This document shows positions 26,402 to 41,090 of a stretch of DNA of 64,000 nucleotides, in pieces. Position numbers and translations under genes: made by a program. The stretch is from Catajapyx aquilonaris. Lineage: Eukaryota. Within the stretch, counting starts at the first letter, position 1. Every line of letters begins with the position of its first letter. Below the pieces are notes generated by a model, which searched no databases, was not told the origin of the DNA, and was given only the letters and a program-made list of their open reading frames with translations. Location of the stretch: positions 1 to 64,000 of the forward strand of contig KZ538062.1 in the NCBI GenBank assembly GCA_000934665.2. Direction: 5' to 3'.

Positions 26402-28805
26402 CTACGACACGCATTCTGTGTATGAAGGTGGCGGTACCGCGTTCAGTCTCTCGATCTCGCTTTCTGATCGCATCAAAACTGGGCGCGTCTGAGACGAACG
26501 AGGTGTCCCAGCCCCTTGTTGGCACTGGTCGTAACTAGGCGGAGAATCAGCTGTTTGTGGTTCATCCACAACTAGTGTCGGGTTGACCACTCCGATGACC
26601 TCTGGTCCGGTGTTGACTGGCGGTACGATGGTTGGGGTCACTGAGAAATACTTCTCTCTCCTGGCGTACGCGACCAGGGCTGATGTGAAGCACAGGTCAG
26701 AGGTGAAAAACAGGCTTTGCATGACCTGAGGTACTGTTTGGTGGTAGCCTATTCCGTTCATGATAAGCATCGCCATGAAGAGAGAGTGGACGATGTATAT
26801 GACCAGCCATAGCTTGACGCACTGAGCTTTATGCTGAAAAAGATAAGAATGATATCGAGAGGTCGCTGGTTCTTCAATATGGCAGGGGGATTTTTATACG
26901 TACAAGGCCGTCACGACGGATTATGTAAAAGTTGACTATGAATTCGCCAAGGTTTAGGGCGGAGAATAACCCTGCGGGAGTGATGCTTTCTGGAAAGATA
27001 CTCGAGATTAGATTCGGTCGGACAGGAAAATTGATGGAGAACTGAAATGGAAATCTATCAGCGTCACATTTGGAGTGGTTTGAAGTTTGGGATCTTTTTT
27101 TCCTTGCAAAAATATTCCTAAGATAATTAATTGTTCGTAAGAAAACTTACGACCATCTTAAACAATGCCAGTCTCGATAAAAATATGATTCTGTCTATTA
27201 TACTACGAACTAGATCGTCTGATAATATTTACCACAATTCACTTTCGATCCATCCATAGCTTTTGTCCAGGATTTACTATAGGAATTCGTGAGATTATTT
27301 TACCCCCCTAAACATGAGAGATTCGTGCACCCCACAAACCAACAGAAAATAATGAGCATAATTATCGCACATTTGCATACATTGCGAAAATGTAGGTATA
27401 GCATGAACATAATCATCGTTTCCTTGTTCGGCAAGTTGAGAAAAGTAAATAATAATCATTGCTATAAGGAAGTTGGTAAGGAGCAATGTTGCTCTGAGCA
27501 ATCATGTTCATTCTCTTGTGGGACAACGATTGCCGACAAAGTCATACACCGTATCCTGCATACACTGAATGTATCTTTTATGTATTGATAGCATTTTTTT
27601 TTGTCTGACTTGGATTAATAACTGGTCTGGAACGTATGGGGATTCCGTACTGGACTATCTGCTAGATCCGAAAGACATGCGAGAACTTCCTGTCTACGAG
27701 AATCGATCAGTGTGTTGCAACATATGTGATCGATCTGAAGTGTAGTAATATTGTAATGGGAGGAGAGAAGAGACGAAATTCCCACAGGTGCCAGTAAACT
27801 TTATGGTCAAAGCTCTCACACACTTTCAAATAAACTCTAAGCATACAGTACATCTTGCACCGAAGTAACTTATCATGCAGTATTGACGTACTGCCGGACA
27901 GTTACAATAATGCTACCAGATGCGGGGCGAAAATTGGTCATACAGTATTATATAATAATCAACTCAGAACTTACTGCGGTGTGATAAATCCGGAATGAAA
28001 TAATAATAGTCTAATAATGCACCTAATTTTGTCATAAATATGTCATATGCAATTACTTTTACGACACCAGAGTGGGAATGTTTTTTTTTCATTGCCATAA
28101 CTACTTATGTTGAAATTAACTGCATGACGTACTTTGCGAAGAAAACATTTCATTTGCTTGTCAGGAAACTCCTATATAGCCTATACTTAACCAACCCAGG
28201 CAAAAACAAGCCACTCTACAGAAAAAACCAATAAGGCGATGTCAATCACCGTAATATCCAGATCCCTGATATTGCATAATACTACCTCCAAAAGTGAAGT
28301 AAATGATCCAATTCTTCTAAATAATTGAGACGTCCAGGAAAGATAGTCATCGCGCACAATTTCTCAAACTGCATTAGCCTTATTAGGCAACATTTATGCA
28401 GCCATCAGCATCACTAATGTATATTTATTGCATCAAAAGAATTGGCACGTGACATTTTAATTATGCACTATGGCATGTGGAGTTTATTTTTATGTATGTC
28501 ATGACATATTGTTGAGATGGCCATTTGTTCTATCGGGCTATACAATATATTCCATCTACTTCAATTTATTCTGCCTTACCTTCTCCATATCCTATGATCA
28601 AATCCCATTTGGATCGAGTCGGTAGTTCAAAAGTGACGAACGTGATGGTCAGCAGCATCGTGATGAAAATTCCTCTGAGCTGTAAAAGACACACATCAGA
28701 CACAATCCGTCTACAAAAACGTGACAATGGATTTACCACCAGCACAACACAGATCCAATAGCATACTCTTTCCAGAGACATCCCTGGTACGATGATGCCT
28801 GCCAT
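26402..28805 (-). CDS. Array gene G: ~228 aa four-TM protein with two PPSY motifs
   Basis: Exons 28805-28737 (MAGIIVPGMSLERVCYWICVVLV), 28679-28580, 26989-26904, 26833-26402 (HKAQCVKLWL...PPSYDQC...PPPSYTECVS*); phases 0,1,0. Confidence 0.85.
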
Positions 28806-29737
28806 CCGAGACACAACATTATGCGAAAAATCATCAGGGTCCCAACTCTTTGCAAAGTCAAGCCTCACTGCTCAGGATGTGAACCTACGCCAAAAAAAAC
28901 TTGCCAAACTGGTCCGGGCTTTGAACCTCCTGTTGCCAAACTGGCGCGAAACTTCTGTAGAAAGTTTTGCAAAGAAAACGATATGAGTTGCAATTTCAAC
29001 GCAATTGGTATTCAGAAAATGTTCATGTGTATGCAAACTGCTTCAATGCCCCTGCCAAAATGAGTTCTTGAAAAGTTACGTACAGTGTAAAGTTCACAAA
29101 AAAACTTACCTTTTTTTTGTTGCAACAATTGCGCTGCATGAGTAAGCTGACTTTTGTTGACTACATTAATAAGGCTACTAGCAGGATACGCCCGATGGGA
29201 TTTTCTTTTTCTTTGCCTGGATTATGTCGTCATTGGGCCTCCTTTTTGCTTCAGTAGGCAGGCCTTGGTATGCATATAACTTTCCCATAAAGGACTGTAG
29301 ATGGCAGAGGTGGTAAAGGGATAGGTCTGTGGTGCAAAATATGAGCTGCATGGCACCATTTTTGTGCCATATACGTGTGGATATTATATAATGCACGCCG
29401 CAGGATATGTGAAATATGATCAAAAAGTAACATTACATAATACAATGCAGTAACATTTATTTTTGACTAATTACATCCCCCAGCTCCGTTTATTACAAGG
29501 CATCAGGTACATTGGTAGTACAATAATTATGCATAATATAAAACTTAATTGATTTTTTTAAAACGTCACATAGTGCAAAATGAGAAAGCTATTTACATCT
29601 ACCGTGTAATTACGAGCATTTCCACATTAAAACTAATTAAGTTTCCACATGCAACATCACTGCAAAAAAAATCCTCGTAATGATCACCACTCAGCCGACT
29701 GACTAGCCATTTTCCCGTGTGTCTAATAAGCATCCCA

Positions 29738-31003
29738 CTATCTACCTCCGACAACACATTCGTTATACGAAGGCGGCGGATTAATTCTGTCTATCTCACT
29801 CTGAGATCTGGTCAGAACTTTCTTGTCCGCACACTGGTCATAACTCGGAGGCAGGTCTCTGCTGGTGTCTGGCTCATCTGTAACTAGGACCGGATTCTCA
29901 ATTCCTTCGATTCCCGGACCCTGCTCGACATTGGTTTGTTCAGTAAGGTGCTGCTGGTTTTTGCATATGTTCCTGTACTGTATGGTGAATACTGCCATAA
30001 ACACGATTTGCGTCATGAGCATGAATCCTTGCAGTATATGTGGTCCTCGGCCTTCTCCTGACCGGAACACTCGTAGCAACCACCACAGAAGAAACAGGGT
30101 GTAGATGATGTACTCGCAAAGCCATAGCAGCAGAAAGTGTCTTTTGGTCTGAAAAATAATATATAAATGCCGTGCGCATTGACCTTGGCTCAAGGTGATG
30201 TGTGTAATAAAAAAATAGCCCTGTATGTTGACCCCTATTCCCAGCCTGCTGCGTCACATCCCTTGTTATGCTACTTGCCCTTTACAACACAAAAAGAATT
30301 ATTTTATTCGTCTAAGGTGTGGTCGTATTTGATTCAAAAGGAGATTATGCTCCGTAAAGGAGATGCCGATATTTAAAATATTAGTATGACGTCATCATAA
30401 CAATTCAATGGCAATATAAATAAACAAACAATGACTAATAACATATTAATAAATAAGTAAGTAAAATACCTGTCTATAACGGAATCGATCAGTTCAGCAA
30501 AAATCGCACTCAATAAAAATTTTGCTTATAATTTTGTGCCAAATTCTGCTGAACTTAAAGAGTCCGTTACAGACGGGTTGCATTTCATTGTTCAGAGCAA
30601 TACCTGTCCATTTTTCCTTATGATGAAGTAATTTACGACAAATTCCAAGACGGTCAGTGCGGCAAAAATCACCGCCGGTGCTTCCGGGTCTGAAATACAC
30701 AAACAATATTTGCGGTGATTTTTTTCATGCCCTCGCTTCCAAATCAAGCGTATTGTTACCTTGCCCTAAAGCCAACAGAAAGTTCCACTCCAAAGCACTC
30801 TTTCTCAGCGTCACGAAAGTGACAAACAGCATCAGCATAAGTGCCAGTCCTCTAACCTATACACGCAACAATATTTTTAGACACAACATTTAATTATAAA
30901 AAAAACGGTGCCGATTCCCACGTCTCAACACACTTACCACCAGAATGAATGAGATGATAACGCATCCTCTCTCCAACGATATTCCAGGTAGACACGTAGA
31001 CAT
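29738..31003 (-). CDS. Array gene H: ~219 aa four-TM protein with two PPSY motifs, close paralog of G
   Basis: Exons 31003-30938 (MSTCLPGISLERGCVIISFILV), 30856-30760, 30689-30604, 30148-29738 (TKRHFLLLWL...LPPSYDQC...PPPSYNECVVGGR*). Confidence 0.87.
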
Positions 31004-31313
31004 TGTTAATCACACTATACCCTTAACCTCATCCCCAAGAGTATCACCTTAGCATACTTTATACACGTCCCTATCGCAACATACACACACACGACAATGC
31101 ACGAAAAATATGTGAGACCGGATGATCCTCTGGGTAGACTTCTCATGCAATCCGACGTCACAAGGTGGCTCATTGGAGGCCATCCATGATTACGTGTACA
31201 CAACTCATGACGGAATGCCCCACCACCTGACCGGTTAGTTGCCCTTCTTGGAAAGACGGGATGGGGAAAAAAATTAGGGTTTAACTTCCTTGTATACTGT
31301 GGATACATTGAGC

Positions 31314-32333
31314 TCATATGAAGTACGAGGTGGTTCTGGTAAGCCTCTGGTACTGGGCGTAGTAAGTTGCCATGAATGCCATTTGGGTGAGGAGCATGAC
31401 TGCTTGGAGTACTCTGACGGTGTAGTACAGTCGGGGCAGTGTGACGAATCCGACCACCAGGATGCTGTACAATGTGGCCACTCCTAGCCACAGGACCACT
31501 TTGTGCGCCTGCTTCTGCAATTATTGTAGGGATGGTTTTATTTATATTTAGATTTATTTATTTTGAGAGAAGAGGGTCCCCCGGTTGTGCAGTACCTATA
31601 CATTCATTACAACTGTACAGTACAAGACATTATCTCTGTAATGGGTAGTAAGAGATGATGAAGTAGTTGTGAACTAGAAATGACGCATTAATTGCAATAA
31701 ACAAGTATAGTAAAGTATAAAAATAACAACTGGGGAAAATCCAAGTAATAAAATCGATTGCGAAACCTGTCACCAGACATGCCTGCGCATAATCAGAGAT
31801 TTTTTTCTTTATTTGCGACGCGACTCAAATGAAGAGAAACTCTAACAACTGAAGCAAAAATTTTGGAAAAATATCTGACTTCCAATAACTATTAGTTGTA
31901 ATGTTAGTGCGTACCTGCCCGGCGTTTCTGAGTATTAGAAAGCAGGTGGCGAATTCGAATAAGGTGACCAAGAGGAACATTATGAAGGGCGCATCATCTG
32001 GAAAGAAGCCAGCATAATATTTCAGTGAGAATTACCTGAATTATTACGGTTTTTTTTTGGGGGGGGGGGGTGTCCAATGAGTTTTACCTCGAACGAAGTA
32101 GTTGAACAAGTCGACGCTCATTATTCCGAAGAAGTTGACCAGGGCGCAGATGCATACGAATAAAATGACGTACAGGCTTCTAAACTAAAATATGTGTACA
32201 AAATTGAATTGGAATATAATGCACTTATTTGCAGATAATTAAAACGAAATATGGTGCTTACCAGTACTATGTAGGATATAATTCGACAAGCGCCTTCTAA
32301 CGAGAAATTTGGTTTGCAGTAAGGCTCGGACAT
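31314..32333 (-). CDS. Array gene I: ~150 aa four-TM protein, G/H subfamily, short tail
   Basis: Exons 32333-32262 (MSEPYCKPNFSLEGACRIISYIVL), 32184-32088, 31997-31915, 31514-31314 (KQAHKVVLWLGV...); phases 0,1,0. Confidence 0.82.
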
Positions 32334-35263
32334 TCTGACTGCTGGAAAATGCATTTTACAATGCATACAAAATGAAGGTGCAATTTACGCCGCGAAAACA
32401 AAGCTCATTACCTGCAATATTGGAGAGAGGTGGAAAATTTTTTATAGGTCCCGAAGTCAGTTAACAATGAATACACGGTTGCTAGGAGAACATGAACGCG
32501 AATAAATAAAAGTGTAGTATTGTACTGTACATAACGTGGAAATAATTTTGAATGTTGCACACATGATTTTTTTTGCTTAATTCTTTATTCAAAAAGTTCT
32601 TGAGGTGATGTCAAATAATATACACTTATCACGCGATTACATTTTCACAGTAAGAACGAAAAAAAAATCATTTGCAAAACATGTACGGTCCATATGATGA
32701 TTACATGCAACTGGTTCGTCCTTCACAAGTACCGGTATCTAAATAAAAACCCCGACCCGAATCGATTCGTGCTACATATGTCTGCATACCTCGAAACGAA
32801 TCGTCCAAAAACGAACCGTGCTAATCATTAGGATTGGTTCAGGTCAATCGCAATGAATAATCCACCTCATCCCATAGCACACCTAAAATATTCCCAAGCC
32901 CTGGGATGTAACATGAATTGCCAAAAAAAAAAAAAAAAGTTTGAACCAGTGTTTGGCTGTTTCGTCAAAACACTCGGGGCGAACCTTCGGGCGTTATTAG
33001 CAGAGAAATTCAATAAGTGCGGTCAATATTTACGGCATGCCGGCAAAACTCTGACACCTATAACATTTTCCGATCCCCATGGAAAACCCAGGGTACGGAC
33101 CACTAAAATTTTCTCACTAATATTTTACTAGTGCAGGTAATGAGCATAATTCGGAATAATGGACAGGAAATGCCCTTGAACAGCATGGGGGCTATATTTG
33201 TGCATCCGTCATTTAATTCAAGGGTAACTATATAGGAGAAGGAAAATTGATGCTGTTACGAGGTCGCAACTAGTGGTCGTTACTTGCAAAAATGTCTCCA
33301 CTGTTTGGCCGACTGACAGACTGTCTGGAGGAGCTTCCCTCAAGATGATTATTAGTCTGGACCGGGTTATGTGTCCAATGCCTTTGCATGCCAATGGCTT
33401 CATCTCTTTTGCAACTTTGACCTCTCAACTATGCGGTTGCAGCATAATCGTATCTGTGACGCAAATTACACAGTTCAATAAGCAGTTCTTCCACTGTAAA
33501 CTCTTACAGTTCATTCGATTAAATTCAGTGCTCAAATTGACGGAAAAAATTGCGTTAGAAATTGATTGGCGGAGGTCTCAAAAAAACTCGAGCAGAAAAC
33601 TACCTGCTTTCAATGATGTCGTTTAAATATAGAAAATCGCCTCTAGTTCAAACCTGCTAGCATTTTGCCAGTTAATTATTCCCGATTCACCAGTCAAAAG
33701 CAATGGAAGTTGTAACCGACTGCCATGACGACACACTGTAAATGCGGTCGCTCCCAGTAATTAGTTTCCATCCAATTCGAGATGGAACCCACTTCTTCAA
33801 TATTCTTGCTAGAAAAAAAAAATTGTCACCGCTGTACTGGCCGCGTTTTCTGTAAAGAAAATTTGGCGGCTACTTGCTGTGCAGTTTGGGACCAACCTCA
33901 ATATTGCACCTGCTTGAGGAGATAAGGGTAAACAAGACGAGAGCACTGTACAAAAGAGACTATAGTGTAGATGTCGTATTCACGTCGGGTGTTGGACAAA
34001 AAAAAGAGTAGGTGACGAGCCAAGATGCAGCTTGCCAAAATTCATAGGAATCTGGGGACAGTCGATAGGGCCTGGAAAATTGGCGAGTTTCCTAGAAGGT
34101 AATTGTCGCATAAAAGGTGTAATTTTTTTACATAGAAAAAAAACCCATCAGAGTGGATTGGTCTATCCTACTTTAATGATAACGTAATGTTACAATACGC
34201 AGTACAGTTCAGTTGGGTCTTCGGACTGAAACATGGTGCGCCTGTAACACGCAGTCGATTTTGCGACGAGAAAGAGAGATGACATTTTTTATGGCAACTA
34301 GAGTATACACACACATAATTATGTCATTGGGCGGTTTGATGCACCTACAAACTCTACTATATAGAGGTAAATGACTATCAGTACGTTATTTATTTATTAT
34401 TTGGTCTATATGTATAATACGCTTGCCACGATGACTTTAGGAATGGTTAACCAGTCGATCGACACGTGTTAGCAGAACGATCCTTACAAGCTATTGATAT
34501 CACTTTACCTCAGATCACATCACTTCTAGCCTACAATATTATCATCGTATGATCGACGTGGTGCCAAGGAAAAATAGGTCATGTCGAGAAAAAGTTATAT
34601 TATAATATAATATCGTCTAAGAAGCAAAATATATTATTATTCACAGTGCTTGGAAATTTTTCGTTGTACCAACCATTCACTACACGTATTATATTGCTTC
34701 ATCCTTAGCACCATTCGCAACTTTGAGTTATTTTATATATTTTTCCAAAATATCCAAGCGTCGGTTGAAAAGAGGCAATTTCCGATTGTGATTGGAGTGA
34801 ACGTGTATTGTGACGTATGTACAGCAGGCAAAAAACGAGAGAGAGAAGAGCACCACGTCATTATACCGTAACTGGCAGTGTGTTGGAAAAAAATGAACCG
34901 ATTCATCCTTTATTTAGATAAAACCACGGAGTGCACTCAAAAACGTACCTCTCGTAAAGTGAACGTGACAATAACACGCGTCTCCAATTTAATTTTTTTT
35001 CGAGTATATAATAATTATTATATTATGTATAGATAGAACTAAAAACTCTTTCTTCTTCTTCTTTTTTTTTTTTAAACCATTCATTAAACTTCTCAAGATT
35101 GGTTACCAGGTACTATGTTTTATCACTTGGCTAGTACAAGCAAGTGGCCCTTACGTACTCTGCTTGAGATTGGAGAGAAACACGGGGAATATGAGCAGAA
35201 CTTGATATAGGCGCTACCGAGAAAAATATGGACTTTAGACAAGTAGTCGCAGGCATTAGGGGG

Positions 35264-38200
35264 TCACTTGGAAGGAGGATCCTGCGGGGGATTTACCCAT
35301 ATGGATTGGAAATTGGCGTTTTTGGAGGCCGATTGAGCCTGCTTCAGAATACTGAAGTGCGAGTAGACCACGAAGAAAGAGTAGAGCTTGATCACCACGT
35401 CGCCGGTGTAGGTCGCGACGTCGTGAATGTCCGTCGTGCTCATCAGGATGGCCGTCGTGATCACGGTGCCGATGGTCACAATGTCGCATATCAGCCAAGG
35501 GAGAAGAAAGTGTCGCTTTTCCTGCATAGACGACAGTGTGTCGAAATAATGTATACACAGCAGGTCATGCAATGTCCCCCAGGCGATTCTTTTTCTTTTG
35601 TGAAACACCCTACTGTCAATATTGTTGGAAGAGAAACGCGTTGGAAGTCAACTTTTAAAGGTGCCAGGGGATATTTTTTCAAACGGTACATAGCACCAAA
35701 AGGTGCTGCATATAATTAAATTCGGCTGAGTTAAGCGCCATATGCACGGCAGCAGTGCAAAAATTAATTCCCAAAATTTTAAAACAACTTTCAACTTTCA
35801 GGTCCTGATGTATACGTAAAAAGTTAAGCCAAAAACAGGCTTAACTGTGACAATAAGCAGTTTTCTTCACGCAACTGAGTTAAAATATTCAAAACCACTC
35901 AATATGAGTGGGTTGGGCATGGAAAGTGCACGGGGGGGCTCAAATTGAGCTGGTTCAATTTAGGCTCCCACTATGAGTGATTTTCACTCAAATTATTTAT
36001 GAGCAAGACCGGGATGAATAACAGTCGACTGGGGCTGCCCTCACTTTAATACTGTCGCATAAATATTTGTGTAGTTTTTTTTCAGCTAAAATTTATAAAG
36101 CATGACAACGCTACTTACATTTTACAATGCAGCATGGCTTAATTTTTCAGTAGGCTCTGAGATGAGGTCGATACGCATTTGCGTCATCATGTTCAACGCA
36201 CTAAGTACAGTAATGGAAAGTTGGGATTCGTACTATCATTTTAAACCTATAATGAACACGACGCAGTTTCACCATTGCAAAAACTGCACGGTCAAGGCTA
36301 CCTAGTAACAATGGCAGTCAAATGAGACCATCGATCATGAAAGGACTGTCAAAAAGCTCTTTTTTTCAGACTGATTCATCACAGATATTACATTTTTTTC
36401 TTCAGAATTTCGCGATTGATCACAGCCATAGTAGAGTAAAAATTGCAGTTAACTGTACGAATCGTTCAGTGAACCCCAGGAGGTGATCGAAAATCCAACT
36501 TTGGATTCCAGGAAGTTCACAGGGAAGTAATAACTGATTCACTGCTGTGCCAGGCACCACTCAGCATTGGTTTACGACGGTTCAAAGGAGAGCTCTACCC
36601 GCCAAGGAGACACATCTTTATGCCCAGTGATGCCCAAACTTTGGCCAGACCAACTGCCAAAAAAATCCAAGAGGATTCACTCCAAACTCCAGACAGACTG
36701 CTCTTGAAGTTTGGAAATAATCATGAGAAAGTAATCTGTCTGTAACTGGCACTGAAGACGACTTAAAACTTGTCAATTACTGAAGATTTGTTCAGTGACC
36801 ACGGATTTGTGGCAAGCGACAAATAAAAAAAGTGCGCAAGAAGAGGCTCGCTTTCAAAATGAATGCTCCTTTAAACCGATTTCCGATTTCATTTCTCACG
36901 GCCTCGTCAGGTGCTAACCAATCAGGAAATTCAAGTGGTCCGAACGAATGAGGAGTTCAGACCGAAAGGAAGGGCCAATTGGAAGCCGAGCAAATTGACT
37001 TGAATGATTGGTATTGGTTTGGTACAGCCTCCCAGTGCCTTCAATTACACCCTCGATTCTTGGCGTATCAATTGAAGTGTATAGTATTTCTCTATTGGAA
37101 CCGAGCCTTTGTCAATTATTCATGCATGTGATGCTTTAAACCGAAGAGGAACCGTTTGGAAATTCAGATCAAATTGTTTACAACGCTGGATTCTATTATT
37201 TTTCCGTTTTTTTTCGAATTTCTGCTTTTCAGTTTATTGATTTGGCAGACTTGAGAAAGTACCGATGAATGATCGGGTTTCTCAAGCGTGTAAGGCCGTT
37301 ACGCATGAGCGGAAATTGCGGCTTCAATGTCGATACATTTGTCAACCTATAGGACCTGAAGCAGTGGATGTTGGGTCCTGATCTTACAATTTGCAACAAT
37401 GACTTTAACTAACAAGAATGAATGCTCCCGGCAATAATGAATGGTATATGTATTTTAAAAAAATTCTCCATGCAGTATTGAAATGAATAGTACTGTACAC
37501 ACACCCATCGCGCCAGATTGTTAATTACAGGACGTGTGTGAATGGAGTTCGTTTAAATCAATTCGGTTGAAATTGCTCTTCACTTTCGAGGAAAAGCGTG
37601 TGTGTGAATCGCGTTCTCTCGAACTAATTCAGTCCGTCCAAATTGCTTTCGTTTTTTTTTTGGAACCCTCATTTGAGAGCTATATTCCAGGAATCCACAC
37701 TGCAGCATCACCCTCTGAATTGTGCTGGAAAACCAGTCTTCCTTTGTGTCTCCGTATTTCCCCGGAAAAAGAGACCGCCATGGGGAACCCTGAATGAGTC
37801 ACCGTTACGTAACAATGTCCGGAACACATGTGTTTTCCGACTTACCATCATAGCTCCGTAGATAAGGAGACAAGAGGCGAGAATGTTGGCCACATACACC
37901 GCAGATGCGACATAGGTGCTTGCTGCAAATTAGGAAATTGTCACAATGCACTAATTGCGTATTTCCAAACTAATTTCTGGAACGTGGACATTCACATGCT
38001 TCGTACACACCTATCTCAAATGTTTTTTTTAAAAAATGAAACGGCATCACGTCCATTTTGAAACAGATTGATTCATGTGAAATCGCACTTTCATTCATAC
38101 TGAGAGCACATGTTCATCTCAGACTCTCCCACAATGAAAGCTACACTTACTTGGATATTGCTCCGAGTTGTTGGCGTTGGGTACTCCAGGATAATATTTT

Positions 38201-38404
38201 TGCGGGTTATGGAAAAGCAGACAGTTGAGGATTCCGCTGATTACCTGCAAAGGCGAAAATCCTTGAACTCTTGCAAGGATGCTGCAGCTTCTGGACCACA
38301 CTGGATTCAAAGGCAAAACTCACGGCCTGCATGATTCCTATAAGGATGCATCCGTTGCAAGTTGAGATGCAAAAGCAGCAGCTAGTTGTGCGTAAGCTGA
38401 CCAT
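35264..38404 (-). CDS. Array gene J: ~169 aa four-TM LAPTM4/DUF4728-like protein
   Basis: Exons 38404-38324 (MVSLRTTSCCFCISTCNGCILIGIMQA), 38244-38151, 37922-37846 (..LASCLLIYGAMM), 35521-35264 (EKRHFLLPWL...FFVVYSHF). Confidence 0.9.
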
Positions 38405-39821
38405 GACTGCACCCGACTTGCTATCCGAGCAGACTCTCTCTCATCCAGACCAGAGCATCTTCCCACACACACGGCTATCGATAGTAGGACAAACCCTGGA
38501 AAACCCCGATGGTGCTGCCCTTTCGGAAGTGGCGGCCCACCAGAGTTATTAAACATCCCCCCCACTAGTTCCTGCTGGAGTCTGAGCCTGGACAAAGCTA
38601 TGCCTTACTAGCTCCAACCTGCAGCATGTGAAATCAATTATCGCCTGCTTTTGTACGACCTGTCGAGAGGGATTAGGCCGTTACCTATAAGTGAACAATG
38701 CCTTGGATTTAAATCCCCCCAAAAAAGCAATAAATTTGGTAGGAAAATCAGCCATGAATGGAACAGGTCTGGCATTATTAGTAATTTACAGTGATAATGT
38801 TGCTGACGTGAAAATTTTGCATAGAGCGTCGAAATCAATACGGTTCACATATTCATACATTTGCACATTATTTATTCGACGAGACTGGTACAGACAATTA
38901 TTGTTACAAGCACTGTTCACAATGTGATATTGTACTGATATTATTCTGGTAGTACTATTATTTGGCTGAAGGAATAATTCATACAATACCGTCATAATAT
39001 GTGTTTGAAAAGTAAAAAAATTAATTATTAGCAAATACTATCCGTAACAAAACGGTGTGCTTTCATGTTGTGAATTACACAGTATTACAAACTGTTATAT
39101 TAATAAAAATGATCATTAATGCAAGTTCTACCAAATTTTGTAACATGAGCTGTCATGTACTTAGTAATTGGCACCATCCTCATTATCCTGCATTGGACAC
39201 GTGTAAATTACTCTTGGCAACACAATACAACCTTCACAAACAGAACTGGCACAAACATGGGATCCAATAGCAAGTAACTTTGCCGATTGCTCTTTTTTTG
39301 TGTGTCCACTCCCTCTGGTATTTGCGCAGGTTACATAACATTGTACCCGCCATTCAGTTTTTCTCTGTCAGCCACCATGAATTTCTCCTGACGCATGCGA
39401 CACTGTCCTGGAACCGAAGCAAACCAAAAGAAACTTTTTAAAAAAATCAGAGCAAAAACCGTCTGTTGATTTGGTCCTTTTTATTACTGCAGCCTGCTGG
39501 AAGACGATAGACACAGTGAGCCCTTATACCAATGCGCTAAATGTTGGAATCGTTTGGCAATTGCGCAAAGGCAATCCTCGGACGACCCAGAGAATCGATC
39601 TCTCAGGGAGAGGCGACTCCCCATTTCTCATGGGCGCTATCTGAACACAAAAAAGATATGGTGGGGGGGGGGGGNATGTAAAGTTTCACGAACACAAACA
39701 TTTTTTTTTTTTTGATCCCACGTTGTTTACACTTTGGACACACTTTGTACTTGTAAGAGGTCGCGACGGTGCTAGGACATCGAAGAGACACATAAAAATA
39801 CAAATGGTTTTTTTTTCTTCT

Positions 39822-41090
39822 TCAGACAGCGTGTAGGTCACCTCCTTGGGCAGCTTGTTGGGCTTCCCTGAGGATGAAGAAGTGGGACCAGACCACCAGG
39901 AAGAAGTATATGCCATAAAAGACGTCCATGACGGTGGAGAAGATGCCTTTATAGTGGGGTCTGTTGGTGTTGGTGACTGTTGTTATCACCAGGATGGGGA
40001 TGACGAAGAGGACGGTGAAGAACAACCAGGGGAGCAGGCACCACTTCAGGTTCTGATAAGAGTACAGAGCTTTTTGTTTAGAATTAAACAACGAGTGGGT
40101 ACCATGCGTGTATGTAAAAATATCATGTGACAGAGTGACAGAATGTCCGAAACTTTGTTTGGCATCGTAACGTAATGATTATTTGAAAACATCCAGATTG
40201 GACGTGAAAAATATTGTGAGGACAGCACGGCATTGCGACTAATTACAGTTCTACAATAGGACGCTAAAAATAGTAATTTTTCAGTAGCGATGGGGGTAAT
40301 GAACCCCTAATTACCTGCATGGCGCCGTAGACGAGCAGGCACGAGGCAAGAACCATTGTCAGGTGAATGGTCAATGCAATGTACGTCAGGCCTGCGAATA
40401 TTTAAAAAAAAGATCTCCAATACTAACACTCACTGCAACAGGTCAGGCTATAGTACACGGTGGAGTAGAGCCCACACACGAAATGTGGATAATATGAGCG
40501 AAAAATGATATGCACCAAAATTAATAAAATATTGAATTTATGTGTTGCATGTAGTAGTTAACCTCATAATAATGCAGCTGCTAGCATGATAAGAGACCAG
40601 GACAATAACCATGGAAGAGTTATCCGATTGAGTAAATATTTAGTAATAATTACACTGTTATGACACAACTTTAAATTTTATGTCAACGGAGTCGTTGGCC
40701 TTTTTAGGCCGAAATTAATGTCTAGTGCACTGACCTTTTTTTTCTCATATTCTCCACAAGTTCTGGCAAATTTGTGTGAGTAATTATCAGGTTAATGAAA
40801 TTACTAATTTACACAATAATCTTTATTGCTGAATTTTTGCACATTGTACTGGACAAAAATACTTACTCGGATAATCCCTGGAGCTAGCTTCGGTGTCCTC
40901 CGGCTTGAAGAACAGCAGGAAGAGCATGGCAAAGCTTCGAAACTGCAACCCAAAACATGCAACCAACATTAAACCAAGGCCACATACATCGTAATAGAAA
41001 CCAACTCACTGCTCTAAAGATCCCAATAATGATGCACCCTGTGCGTGTCGAGAAACAACAGCAGCAACTCCTGGTGTAAATGAGCGACAT
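39822..41090 (-). CDS. Array gene K: ~154 aa four-TM LAPTM4/DUF4728-like protein
   Basis: Exons 41090-41010 (MSLIYTRSCCCCFSTRTGCIIIGIFRA), 40942-40867, 40391-40315 (..LASCLLVYGAMQ), 40052-39822 (NLKWCLLPWL...FFLVVWSHF). Confidence 0.9.

Noticed and set aside
35228..35719. Plus-strand ORFs opposite array exons (also 21460, 39846, 41891, 45773)
   Set aside because: Antisense shadows of the GC-richer minus-strand coding exons.
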